Source: Thalia democratica
Lineage: Eukaryota
Direction: 5' to 3'
DNA: 64,000 bases
Assembly (NCBI GenBank): GCA_965202585.1
Contig: OZ241834.1
Coordinates: 11,594,001-11,658,000 of the forward strand
Of this stretch, positions 14,076-25,703 are shown piece after piece. Position 1 is the stretch's first letter, and each line of letters begins with the position of its first letter. The position numbers and the translations under genes were made by a program. The notes beneath the pieces were generated by a model. The model searched no databases. It was given only the letters and a program-made list of their open reading frames with translations, and was not told where the DNA came from.

Positions 14076-15003
14076 ATGCCTAAATCAAAAAGAAACAATC
14101 CTTCATTTACTTTCTATTTTAATGACTTGACTAAGCTAGTTAAAATAATGTTAAGTTTAAAGTTTAAACAAAGATATTTTAAAGATTGCTCACAAACATC
14201 TAAAGAAGCTATTAAAATATATATGAATAAAAACTATGTTCCAAGAAGGGAAATTGAAATGATCATGAGAGTTTGGAGGTGTAATACTGGAGGAGTTAAA
14301 GATATGTATGAGAAAATTCTAAATGGTTCGTTTGAAATCAAGTTAATTTTTCCAAGTATTACTAAAACAGTTTCCCGCATGCTTCCTTCAATAATGCATG
14401 TTTTTCAGACTCAAAACTATTTAGCACAAGAGACTGCAAAAGCTCTTAAAGTAAGTTGATTTAAATTTTAAGAATATTTTCCTCTGCACAACTAGTTTAA
14501 ATTTGATACTCACCACTCGTTTTTCAGATTCAAAACTACTCAGCACAAGAAACTTTAAAAGCTTTTGAAGTTAGTTTTTTAACTTTGTAAATATCGTTTA
14601 CAATATTATTAAAATACAGTTTTTTTTTCAGACTCAGAACTACTTATCAAAGGAAATTTTGAAAGCGCTTGAAGTTAATTAACTTTAGTTTAAATACTTA
14701 CAACTCTATAAATATATTGAATAACTTTTAAAAACTAGTATTTTTCAGACTCAGAAACTAACAAACCAAGAGCAAAGCTTAAAAGTAAGTTAGTTGTAAA
14801 TTATTCAATACTTGGTTGTTTATACATGTTATTTAAAAAAAAATTTCATACTAAGTGCCAACAATACCTAATGGAAACATAAAGTTTAGCAATACAGAGA
14901 AGAAATCGGATAAAAAAGAGTAGAAATTGGAAGTTCTATGTTAGCAGCTGAAGGTTTGTAACAATTGAAAAAGTATTTTAGCACAGAAACCAAACCAAAA
15001 TAA
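14076..15003 (+). CDS. Cargo gene of unknown function inside the foldback element, multi-exon, with a probably decayed last exon
   Basis: ORF MPKSKRNNPSF... starts at 14076. It is followed by AG/GT-bounded phase-0 mini-exons at 14409-14450, 14528-14569, 14632-14673 and 14749-14784, then a terminal segment (about 14856-15003) with stops and a homopolymer frameshift. No transposase motif is recognisable. Confidence 0.55.
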
Positions 15004-16174
15004 TGATGATTAATATTATGCAATTTCATTAACAGATAATAAAATGACGAACTGTTTAAGATGTTTTTTATTTGAAATGGATAAGAATAGTCAGCTAAAA
15101 GAAACTTAGTTGTTTAACAAAAGAAAATAACAATATTTTAGAATTATAAAAAATGTTTATATTTAATCAAACCAAAAATTTACTAGCTACAAAGCAAGAC
15201 GAATCGTTTAAGATGTTTTTTGTCTAAGTTTAATAAGAATTGTGAGCTCCATTAATTTTTTACGAAACTTAGTTGTTTTGTAAAGAATAAACAAGCAAAA
15301 TATTAGTTGAACTTTGCGGTCAAAAAATACATTTTTCTTATGACTTTATTCAATCTAAACCAAAAATTTAATATCTAAAAAGCAAGACGAATCGTTTAAG
15401 ATGCTTTTTGTCTAAATTGAATAAAAACTGTAAGCTCCATAATTTTTTTACGAAACTTAGTTGTTTATATAGAATAAACAAGAAAAATATTAATTGAACT
15501 TTGAGGTCACAAAATATAGTTTTTTTTTGATGAATTTTTCAATCTAAACCAAAAATGTAATATCTACAAAGTAAGACGAATCGTTTAAGATGTTTTTTGT
15601 CTAAGTTTGATAAGAATTGTAAGCTCCATTAACTTTTTACGAAACTTTGTTGCTTTGTATAGAATAAACAAGCAATAAATTAATTGAACTTTGAGGTCCA
15701 AAAAATATTTTTTTAAATGACTTTATTCAATCTAAACCAAAAATGTAATATCCACAAAGCAAGACGAATCGTTTAAGATGTTTTTGTCTAAGTTTAATAA
15801 GAATTGTAATCTCCATAAATGTTTTACGAAACTTAAATGTTTTGTATATAATAAACAAAAAAAATATTAGTTGAACTTTGAGGTCACAAAATATTTTTTT
15901 AATGATTTTAATCGGTCTAAACCAAAAATGTAATATTTACAAAGTAAGACGAATCGTTTAAGATGTTTTTTGTCAAAGTTTGATAAGAATTGTAAGCTCC
16001 ATTAATTTTTACGAAACTTGGTTGTTTTATATAGAATAAACAATAAAAAAAATTAGTTAAACTTTGAGGTCAAAAAAAAAATTTTTTTGATGAATTTTTC
16101 AATGTAAACCAAAAATGTAATAATTATAAAGCAAGACGAATCGTTTAAGATGTTTTTTGTCTAAGTTTAGAAAG

Positions 16175-16450
16175 AATTTTAAGTTCTTCTTCTTGTTTTG
16201 GTAGGAATTTTGATTTAAATCCAAAAGTTTCTATTTTTTCCTCATTTTCATACATACTTTCATTTTCTTCTTTGTTTGTACAGTAGAAAACTTTCAATCT
16301 AATTCGCCTGCAGAAGTTTCTTATCTTGTCAATTAGCTTAAGCTTGTATTCGTTTTGGCTGCATATAGGAATATTTTTTGTTGAATAATGGAAGTTGATT
16401 TTTTCAAAGTGTGCCATTATTAATAGTAAAATGTGTAGTTGGCTCAACAG
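16175..16450 (-). mobile_element. Penelope-like retroelement 5' ORF fragment interrupting the right TIR array
   Basis: INFHYSTKNIPICSQNEYKLKLIDKIRNFCRRIRLKVFY...ETFGFKS resembles the YSxKNIP...YxxxLIxK...RMRWKAxF...FGFKS N-terminus of PLE proteins (family recalled from memory, not searched). It breaks the 187-bp periodicity between 16135 and 16555. Confidence 0.65.
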
Positions 16451-18004
16451 AGATTTTCTGGGGCCTTGCTGTACTAGTAAATTTGACTATTACTATTTAA
16501 GATCCAAAAACCAAAAATTCCATCTAAACCAAAAATTTAATAACAACAAAGCAAGACGAATCGTTTAAGATGTTTTTCGTCTAAATTGAATAAGAACTGT
16601 AAGCTACATTATTTTTTTACTAAAGCTTGTTTATAGCGAATATCTGTTCAAAAATGCGAATATCTGATTTTGAATATCTGCGAAACTTCAGCCTCCCTTT
16701 AGAATCAATGTGTTTTTTGTTTGAGTAAATAACTAAGTTCTTTATAATTAAGCACTAAGTCTAGTATTTTTTGTAACAATTTTATGTGTATACTTTACCT
16801 CTTTATAATTTTTCTAAGTTGTTTTAATTTAAGAAATAAGTCATAAGAGAGGTATATGCCATGGTTAAGTTTACTTGTTTGTAATTTTTTGTAGAATAAC
16901 TGAAGTTTTTAAAATGAATAAGAGTAGATTTATTTGTTACACATTTTATACTAAATGATAAGAGGAAATATAAGATTGAAAGTTTTATATAGTTTCAAGT
17001 GTTTGATTAAGTATTTTAGAATAAGTTTAACTTTAGATTTTGATTTAGAAAAGTCAGGAAATTTAAGAAAATGTCAGGATTTTTTTTCAGCTTGATCTGT
17101 GGCAACCCTGTTTTACATACAGGAGTTGCACCACACTATGTCTTGTTTGAAGCTTTTTAAAAACTCAGATTAACACTTGTTAATTTGGAAACCTCAGCCA
17201 ATTTTTTTTTTCATAAACTCAAGCTAGCTTTATATTTTTTGAAATACTTAGCTACTTTTTTGTTGCATTTTTAATGATTTTGAGTTGATTCAAATATAAC
17301 CTTACTTTTAGTAAACTCTTGCTCTATTAATCTAATTCTCTTTAGTTTACAACAGGGATTCCAACAGAGTTTCCAGGGCAATTTTAAAATTTTGAGATTT
17401 ACACAAGACATTCTTGAGTGGCAGATGAAGAGCAAAATAAAAGAGCTCTTAGGTGTTTTAAATGGTAGTTTTTTTAGTAGTGTTGTTGGAGGGGCAATAG
17501 CTTTTTAATTTCTTTAGATGGAGCCATTTGAAAAAAAAGTTAGGAAGTTCTGGTTTACAACATTATTTATAATTTGTAGTCAAAAAGTTTTTGCTTTGCA
17601 TCAAATAATTCTTTATTTTTTAGTTATTAAATTAGTTTTAGTCCAACAGTAATGGTGCTACAAAATGATATAGATAGTAATTGATATTTGTAAGCATGTT
17701 TAGAACTATATAGTACATTAGTAATTTTTTTTATAACAAAATTTTTGGTAGTAAGGATGTACATGTCAAAAACTTATATACGACATTGTACTTGTTCCTT
17801 GAATAATTTTTTTATAGTACAAATGTTTATGATTGCTTTAAATAAGTTTTGTTTCTTAGGTCCTTTAGCGGAAAATTGTTTTAGAATTTTACATAAACAA
17901 TTTTTTAATTTAACATTTGAATTACATACAAAAAGACTTAAAATTTTTAAATTTAAAAAACCTTTTGTTTTTGATTTAAGTCAAAGACCATTAGATTAAG
18001 AATA

Positions 18005-19576
18005 ATGTCTGACGAAATGGATATGTGTAAAAAGAAATTTTTGGAAGCTGTCACTCAAGCTGAAGACAGAAAGAAGGAAGAACTGATCAAGTATGAAAAA
18101 GTTAAGCATGAATGCTTTATTGAAGAAACAATTTTAACTGTCAAAAAAGAGCTTAATGACAATGTTGTTGAATCAGAATCGTCAAGAGCAGCTTACAAGT
18201 ACAACCTTGATTACTTGGAAGAAGACAGCAATGAGTTTAAGCAACTGAAAAAATCAATAGAAATAGAAAATGGTAAATCATTTAACATTGCTGGTATTAC
18301 CACTTCTAACCCAGCATTAAAAATTTATAAAGTAAAAACAGGTGAAGAAGATACATCTGCCTGTTCTCAATTGTGGACGTTCTTTCTTCATGGAAGTCCG
18401 GGGTGTCACGTTGATAACATCCTTAAAGAAGGATTTAGACCGTCCCTGAATGGTACATATGGCCCAGGCATTTATATGTCGAACGATTACTTCGTGGCTA
18501 GCGACTACGGAAAGTGTTATGTGAACGACAAAGACGTCGTCAAAAAAACCGTTTATGTTTTTGTCAATAAAGTTGAATTGAACAAAGAATCAGAAGGAGC
18601 TGAAAGTGAACGTTTCGTTAAGTTTATCAGCCTAGATCATAATAAACAGTTGCTGTATGCAGATGACCTTTCAACAACAAAATATGACGCCGTAACCAAA
18701 CATTTAGCTATGAAGTTTTGTTTTTCTAGAGATAAACAACTCATTGTTGTAGCTCACAAAAGCTTGGTCACTCCAAACTATTTGATTGTAGTTCAAGAAA
18801 AAATAAGCAACCTAAGTGATATTTTGAAGGATTTGCTTTACAAATGCAACGTAAATGTTTCAAATAAAGATTGGGGCAAAGACAACAAAAAACCAACTGT
18901 TGAAAATTTATTTCACGAGATGAAGAAAGAGCTAGAGGCGAGTAAAATGGAAAATCACGAAGCCACTCTAAAGTACATTGAAAAAAAATTTGAACGAAGG
19001 GCAACTTCATTTAAACAACAGTTATCTTTAAACTTGGACACCTTGTTAAAAACTTTAGAGTTTGAAGAGAAAAATTTTAGAAATATAGAGTTTAAATATA
19101 AATCAGAAATCTTACACCATACCAATGATGACTACAAATTCATCATAAACTCAGCTGGAAACAAAACAGACAATATAATGAATATTTATAAAATTACAAA
19201 TAGAGATGGAAGTAAAGGTCAAAATAAACAAAAGTTTTACTTTGTAGGAGTCAAAGCTGACAAAATAAATGATGTTCTATTAAATTCCTTCACAGTTGAC
19301 AACACCGATTTTACTGATAAATCTGAAGTGAACAAAGCTAGCGACGACCTGCAAGCTGAATATAAAAAAGGGCTCAGCAATATTTTTGTTAGTAATGAGA
19401 TTAAAAAATACTCATTTGTGTTCTTCGGCACAAAGAAGCGTTCTAAACCTAACACTGAGCCACACAAGAGCTGTAAATTTGACAGTAATGATAACTATGT
19501 GACAAATGGCAAGTCTATTTTGTATTGTAGCTTTAGCGTCATAGTTCCTAGGTATCTAATTGTTTTTAAAGATTAA
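18005..19576 (+). CDS. Intronless PARP-like ADP-ribosyltransferase-fold protein, 523 aa, with two tandem ART-like domains
   Basis: Uninterrupted ORF. Domain 1: FFLHGS (H129), ILKEGF, YGPGIYMS, ASDY, VYVFV, and terminal IVV...PNYLIV. Domain 2 is a degenerate repeat: IYKIT...FYFVGVKADKINDVLLNSF...VPRYLIVF. Confidence 0.85.
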   Translation: MSDEMDMCKKKFLEAVTQAEDRKKEELIKYEKVKHECFIEETILTVKKELNDNVVESESSRAAYKYNLDYLEEDSNEFKQLKKSIEIENGKSFNIAGITTSNPALKIYKVKTGEEDTSACSQLWTFFLHGSPGCHVDNILKEGFRPSLNGTYGPGIYMSNDYFVASDYGKCYVNDKDVVKKTVYVFVNKVELNKESEGAESERFVKFISLDHNKQLLYADDLSTTKYDAVTKHLAMKFCFSRDKQLIVVAHKSLVTPNYLIVVQEKISNLSDILKDLLYKCNVNVSNKDWGKDNKKPTVENLFHEMKKELEASKMENHEATLKYIEKKFERRATSFKQQLSLNLDTLLKTLEFEEKNFRNIEFKYKSEILHHTNDDYKFIINSAGNKTDNIMNIYKITNRDGSKGQNKQKFYFVGVKADKINDVLLNSFTVDNTDFTDKSEVNKASDDLQAEYKKGLSNIFVSNEIKKYSFVFFGTKKRSKPNTEPHKSCKFDSNDNYVTNGKSILYCSFSVIVPRYLIVFKD

Positions 19577-19661
19577 TTAGTTTAATTTTATGTAAATAAG
19601 AATGAGTTTATTGTTGTAATAGTTTTCTGTATTATATTATTGAGTGAACTTTAAAATTTGA

Positions 19662-20476
19662 CATGCCAGCTACTAATTTAATACAGCTTTAGCTAAAACT
19701 TTTTTAAAGTTTTTGATTAAAAATGATAACTATATCTAAACTTTTGTTTAATTTAATTAATTTATTTTTTGGCAAACATTTTCTGTTAAACTATAAACAT
19801 TTATAATGCTTGTATAGATTTTTTTTGTTTGTGAGCATTCATGCCAGCTACTAATTTAATACAGCTTTAGCTAAAACTTTTTTAAAGTTTTTGATTAAAA
19901 ATGATAACTATATCTAAACTTTTGTTTAATTTAATTAATTTATTTTTTGGCAAACATTTTCTGTTAAACTATAAACATTTATAATGCTTGTATAGATTTT
20001 TTTTGTTTGTGAGCATTCATGCCAGCTACTAATTTAATACAGCTTTAGCTAAAACTTTTTTAAAGTTTTTGATTAAAAATGATAACTATATCTAAACTTT
20101 TGTTTAATTTAATTAATTTATTTTTTGGCAAACATTTTCTGTTAAACTATAAACATTTAAAATGCTTGTATAGATTTTTTTTGTTTGTGAGTAACCAATG
20201 TAATGTGTATTTTTTGGCAAACATTTTCTGTTAAACTATAAACATTTAAAATTCTTGTATAGATTTTTTTTGTTTGTGAGTAACCATGCCAGCTACTAAT
20301 TTAATACAGCTTTAGCTAAAACTTTTTTAAAGTTTTTGATTAAAAATGATAACTATATCTAAACTTTTGTTTAATTTAATTTATTTATTTTTTGGCAAAC
20401 ATTTTCTGTTAAACTATAAACATTTAAAATGCTTGTTTAGATTTTTTTTGTTTGTGAGTAACCAATGTAATGTGTA
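19662..20476. repeat. 178-bp tandem repeat array (about 4 full units plus 1 partial, near-identical)
   Basis: Unit start CATGCCAGCTACTAATTTAATACAGC at 19662, 19840, 20018 and 20285. A partial unit lies at about 20195-20285. Confidence 0.95.
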
Positions 20477-20622
20477 AATGTTTTCTGTAAAATATGTATT
20501 TTTGTTTGATTTGTCTGTAAAGAAATCAGTTGTATACAACATAGTTTTTTTAACTGCTGTTCAATTACTGTCAACGTATTTTGAACAAACTAGCTTGCAC
20601 TGGTTAAGTCGGACGAGTTGAC

Positions 20623-21117
20623 ATGACATTTTCTAAGATACCAGAAAAGGGTAAGTGGTACAGCGAGGCTTTTCTCAAGTTTAACAACGAAGATGATTTG
20701 TCACAATTTAGTGTTCCAAATTGCACAATCCGCGGCGTTCAAGTCAAAGTTGCTCGTGCAAATCTTGGTGTTTGCGAGCGCAAAAGCCCCGGTGAAAGTT
20801 TCAAAAGCAATTGTTCCAGCGTCAACAGTTTATTTTTTAGAAAGCAATCGGTTAACATGCTGATGGTTAGCAACCTTAAGCGCAGCACGAGCAGAGCTTT
20901 CGAAATAAAAAAGTACTTTTCGTGGTACGGCAGAGTTCAGAGCATCAGTTTGCATTTCGATTTGAAACTTAAAGAAGGTTTTGCTGTTGTCGAATTTGAC
21001 TGCGTTGTAAACAAAAGATCGGCCATCACCAGCTACAAAAACCCAGTCTTGTGCAAGAGCAAAGTGAGCATTGAGAAGCTGCCGTTCGATTCCAGATTCA
21101 GTAGAAATTCTACGTGA
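20623..21117 (+). CDS. RNA-recognition-motif (RRM) protein, probably 5'-truncated or pseudogenised
   Basis: One complete RRM (RNP2-like LMVSNL, YFSWYGRV, RNP1-like EGFAVVEF) is preceded by the second half of another RRM (AFLKF...TIRGVQVKV). Coding-like sequence continues out of frame to 21253. Confidence 0.6.
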   Translation: MTFSKIPEKGKWYSEAFLKFNNEDDLSQFSVPNCTIRGVQVKVARANLGVCERKSPGESFKSNCSSVNSLFFRKQSVNMLMVSNLKRSTSRAFEIKKYFSWYGRVQSISLHFDLKLKEGFAVVEFDCVVNKRSAITSYKNPVLCKSKVSIEKLPFDSRFSRNST

Positions 21118-22882
21118 AGTAGTATGTTGGCATCAAGCAAGCTTCGTCACTGAGCGTCACTTCGAATTTGCAGGTGGAAAGCCTGTTGATGTTTGTATCA
21201 ATCTAGACTCACTTCCAGTTAAGAAAGTATATTTCAAACGCACTTGGAATTGAATACTATTTTGTTGAAATTGATGACTAATTATTGTCATTTACTTTGT
21301 TTAAACTTATTATGTTGTTTATTAAATGCTTTTGTTTTAGTACATTTTTATGTTGAAATTATTTGTTTTGTTTCCGCAATTTTCTAATAAATTACAAAAA
21401 AAATCTTAATATATCTAATATAGTCGTTATTGTTAATCGTAGAAAATGAGCATTTGCTACTATTTAACCATCTTTATTATTATCTAATCCACCATCTTGT
21501 ACGTCTTGTACGTACAAAAAAAAGCTACTACTTGAATTATGTATCTTTCTGCTTGCTCAGTTAATTATAAAATACTGAATAGCGACAAAAGGTGATAAAA
21601 TTTAAAAAATGCAGACTTATGTTTCTAAATTATCGAATTTCAACAGGTAGAAAAATAATTGAATAAAAAAAAAATGTGTAAACTACAATAGGTTTTGTAC
21701 TACTAATTTAATAGATTAACTACTTAAATATTATTGAAAGTTCAAACAATATTAGCGAAAACTAAATCAAATATTCTTTTTTGTATGAAAGTGTAATTTA
21801 TTTTACACAAAATAGTATAAAAAGAATTCCATTTAAGTGTTGTGCTTAATGAAATACTACAAATTAAATAAAATGTTTAAAAAAAAAGTACAACAAATTT
21901 TTGTTGCTGTTGGAAAAATGAAACTTCATATTAGAATAAATAAACATTTTTTGAAAATACTCAGAAATTAATAAAACTTAGTTAACATTTACTAATAAAG
22001 TTTTTAGACTGATACGTTACTGCAAAATGCTATCAAATTTGCTTCGTCTAACAGGCCAATTTTATAAAATTAAATTTTTCTGTTGTAGCCAGAATCTGAG
22101 CAACCGTTGCTTAAAGAAAAACAATTAATCACATTACTTCTCTAACTGTAACAAAATTTAAGCATGTTTTAGTTATAATTGGCTATTTTGCGTGTTTGTT
22201 AAATGCTTTTTGAGGTTACAATAACTGAAAATGTTTCTTTCTTTGTAAGTTTTACTATCAGATTAAAGAGAACTGTACTTACTGTTGTTCATAGAAGAAA
22301 CATGTGTCACATAACTAGTAGCAGATTTAATTTATGTTATTGCTTAGCTTTCAGATTTTTTTGTTGGTCGTGTTATCAAAACGCATAGGTTTATTTAAAT
22401 CTTCTTTTCGGATATCCACCATCAAGTTGAAACTCATATAAACCCATTCCTGATGGGAAAGGGTGACGTGTTGAAGTTTAATTGGGTATTCTAGCATAGC
22501 CCACTTGAGGGTCAAGCTCCTTATGACATCATTATTTCTTTAATTTGTTCCAGTTTCATCGAAATCAAAGTCTCTAGAATCCATAACACTTAAATACTCG
22601 CCAGAAGACCCTTAGTGCTCGTTTTTTTTTTGTTTCACTGCTAAATTACCTCTAAATTGAACAGCATAACTAGTTTTACGACAGTTTTGTTGCTGCAATG
22701 TTTTTAACAGCTTTAAAGCTGTCTGAGTTAGCTGTTGTTAAATAATTACTCTTTTTTAATGTTTTGTTAGTTGATGAGTTGTTGGTGTTCTGTTGTTATT
22801 AGTTGTAGTTTTTTATGTTTTAACTATAGAGTTTAGAAAAAAAAATAGGACACAGTAATCTATCCACTAATAGGAGATTGAT

Positions 22883-23023
22883 AATTAATAATTTATTATT
22901 TTTGAGAAATTGCTCAGTTTACCGCAGAGCGGATTTTCAAATTTACTACAGTTTTACAATTTGAAAATCCGCTCTGCGGTGAAACTGAGTAATTTTATTC
23001 TCAAAAATAATAAATTATTAATT
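22883..23023. repeat. 141-bp near-perfect inverted repeat (MITE-like hairpin)
   Basis: 26-bp perfect outer arms and 23-bp perfect inner arms (22921-22943 / 22958-22980) around a 14-nt spacer. Confidence 0.9.
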
Positions 23024-25703
23024 TATTGATTCTTTATGTTCTATTATATTTTCAATAACTTTCGTCTGCACTGCCTTGATATTCTACATCACTTAAGCTG
23101 TTCAGAAGAAGCTAATAATGACAATAAAAGTTTTTAAACTTATAATGTTGTATACAGGAACTGTAAGCATTTTCTAATGAAAAGTTTCAATATGAGTGAA
23201 ATGTAAGTTGAGATGTTTTGAAATAAGTTTCAAAAAAACAAATATTAAATAAATACAAATATTTGAAAGATGCGTCACGATTGCATGGGTGTAGCATTTT
23301 ACACTGAGTATAAATTTCAATCAGATACTTCAAACTAAAATCATTGAAAATTCTGCACAGCAAACTTTTAAAATTTGTTTTTTGAAAAAAGATAAACTTA
23401 GGAAAAGGTTTAGATAAGATACAAGGTTTTTTGGCCATGACCGAAAGGTAGCAGCGAAAAGTCTCCGCGTTGATCAGTAGCGGGACAGCACCTGAGAATA
23501 GGCAGCGTGTAACAGCCCACTCAATAAGATTGGACCCATTTCTTTTTTGCAAATTAAGTTATCTTTTATATTTCGACTTTATTGTTTTTTATCGATCAAA
23601 AGCATCAATTTTCTTTTACTGTTTGATAAGTTTAGTATGTAGTTTGTACTTCAAACTTTAGATAAGCTTTATCTATGCATGTTTTAAATATCTAAATAAT
23701 AGATTCTGTATTTATTTATATCAAATTAAGAATTAATATATAACTTACTTAAATGTGTATTAATTAGATAACAACTGCAAAATTCTGTTAAATTTAACTA
23801 CGAGTTTAAATAAATATAACATAATATTTTTGTAAACAAATTAATTAACAAACTGTACTACAACTTTTTATTTTTTCACCAATGAGTTTTAATTTTAATT
23901 GTTACAACAACTATATCTAATTCTACATATTTTAGTAATTATACCTTTTTAAAATACGTTTGAGCTCAATGAGAGTTTTCTAAATTAGTTTTATTGACTT
24001 TGTTATCATAAAAGACTGACATATATTTTTCAGAATACATACTTAAATAACAGTTTAACTGCAATTTTCACAATAAAACTTAGAATGAAAATTAACGAAA
24101 AGAGTACAGTTTTATAAAGTAGTATTTTAATTAGTATAAGATGTTAAGTTTTAATAAATCTTATCGCTTATTAGCGCTTGAAAACTTATTAATGTTCTAC
24201 ATAATTTAAATAGATGTAAATTAAAGCACTTCTTAGAAAGGTCAAGTGGTAAATAGATAAAATAAAAAAGTTGTAAATATGTGTCAATTCTTTAACTTCT
24301 GTTTTCTTTTTATTAAAGCGCATTGTTAGTTTTAGTTTTGACTTGAGTGAACAATCTGATAGTCAAGGTTTATACTGAAAGTTTACAATTTTGCATTCTA
24401 TATATAACGTAGTATTATAGTATCGATTTTTTTAAATGACAAAAATAGCTTTTATTACATCTTTCTAGTTTATCTTAAATTGGTAAGTTGAAAAAAAAAC
24501 ATTTACATAAAATTTTTCAGTTTGTATGGTTTTTATTTAGCTTTGCAGCTTTTTTGTATATGTTTAGCTTACTTGTACAATTTTTAACTTCACATGCTAG
24601 ATTATTATAATTTTAATAAGTACTTATTTAAATATTTATTTATCTACCGTAAAAATGTTAGGTTTCTATGTAAAAATATTTTGTTAGTACATTAAGAAAG
24701 GTAAGAAAAAAAAGAAGAATATATTAACATTTTTAGACTTAGTCTTGCAATAGATAAAGTTTAATTTTCATGAACGAGTTACTCTGTATAACTTAAAGGT
24801 GAAGAAAAACTTTCAACTTCCTTCAATTATTTTTCTTTAAAGGTTAGATAACTAAAAATTGTTATTTTTTTCTTTGAAAGTTATAGCAATTTTTTTTTCT
24901 AAGTAAGATAAGAGTGCTTTAGGTATTACAAATCAGGGTTTTCGTACATTAATATAAAAAGGTTGTGATATTTAAATTAGATACAAAAATATTAAATTAC
25001 AGTTAACTGTCTACTAAGTATACACTTTGAACACAGCACAAAAGTGCGTATCAAAGCGGATGTGCTTACCTAGGAAATTTCGGTCTTAAAATAGCTACAT
25101 TAAAAAAAACCATATTGAAAACCACTGAAGTTTACAAATGAAAGCAAAATATTCAAAAACAGAAACTTTCATCATAGAAACAAAGCATATTTTTTATTTA
25201 TAATTATTAGAAGTCATTATTACTTATTTATTACACGTATTTATACAAAGTACTTATTTATGTATGTAGTTTGTACTAAACCCAATTTCATTATACTTAT
25301 ACTGTATTTCCTTGTATCTATAAAATTTTGCTTAGTATACATAGTTGTGTAACTACTAATTTCAAAAGAAACTATACATATGAAAAAAATGACCAAGCCT
25401 TTACTTAGTTGTGTTTATTCTTAAACTCTAACTTTGTGTTGAATTTTTTTTAAAGCAACAAAAAATGTTTGCTATACTCAAACGCCAATATATTTGACAG
25501 AAATGTTTTAAAAAGTATCTGGTTCTAAATAAATCTTGTTAGCAGTGTTCTTTAATTTCGTAAATATAACTTTTCAGATTTATAATACAATTATTGGATA
25601 TGTACACGTTAATTTCACTGTTCTTTATTTTAAGTTTGTATGACTTTTTAAGTATTTTAATTTGTATGTTATAATCATGGAGTAAGAAATTTTATAAGCA
25701 TGT

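Larger units (their letters stand above)
13264..16697. mobile_element. 3.4-kb foldback DNA element (MULE/Merlin/FB-like) with long TIRs made of about 187-bp tandem units and an internal cargo gene
   Basis: Termini GGAGGCTGAAGTTTCGCAGATATT...AATATCTGCGAAACTTCAGCCTCCC. Identical flanking direct repeat TTTAGAATCA at 13254-13263 and 16698-16707. The left arm has about 2 units; the right arm has about 7-8 inverted units (GACGAATCGTTTAAGATG near 15198, 15386, 15575, 15763, 15948, 16135, 16555). Confidence 0.9.

Noticed and set aside
17745-17999. 84-aa ORF directly upstream of the ART gene
   Set aside because: It has low-complexity F/K/N composition typical of AT-rich non-coding DNA and begins at a TTG.
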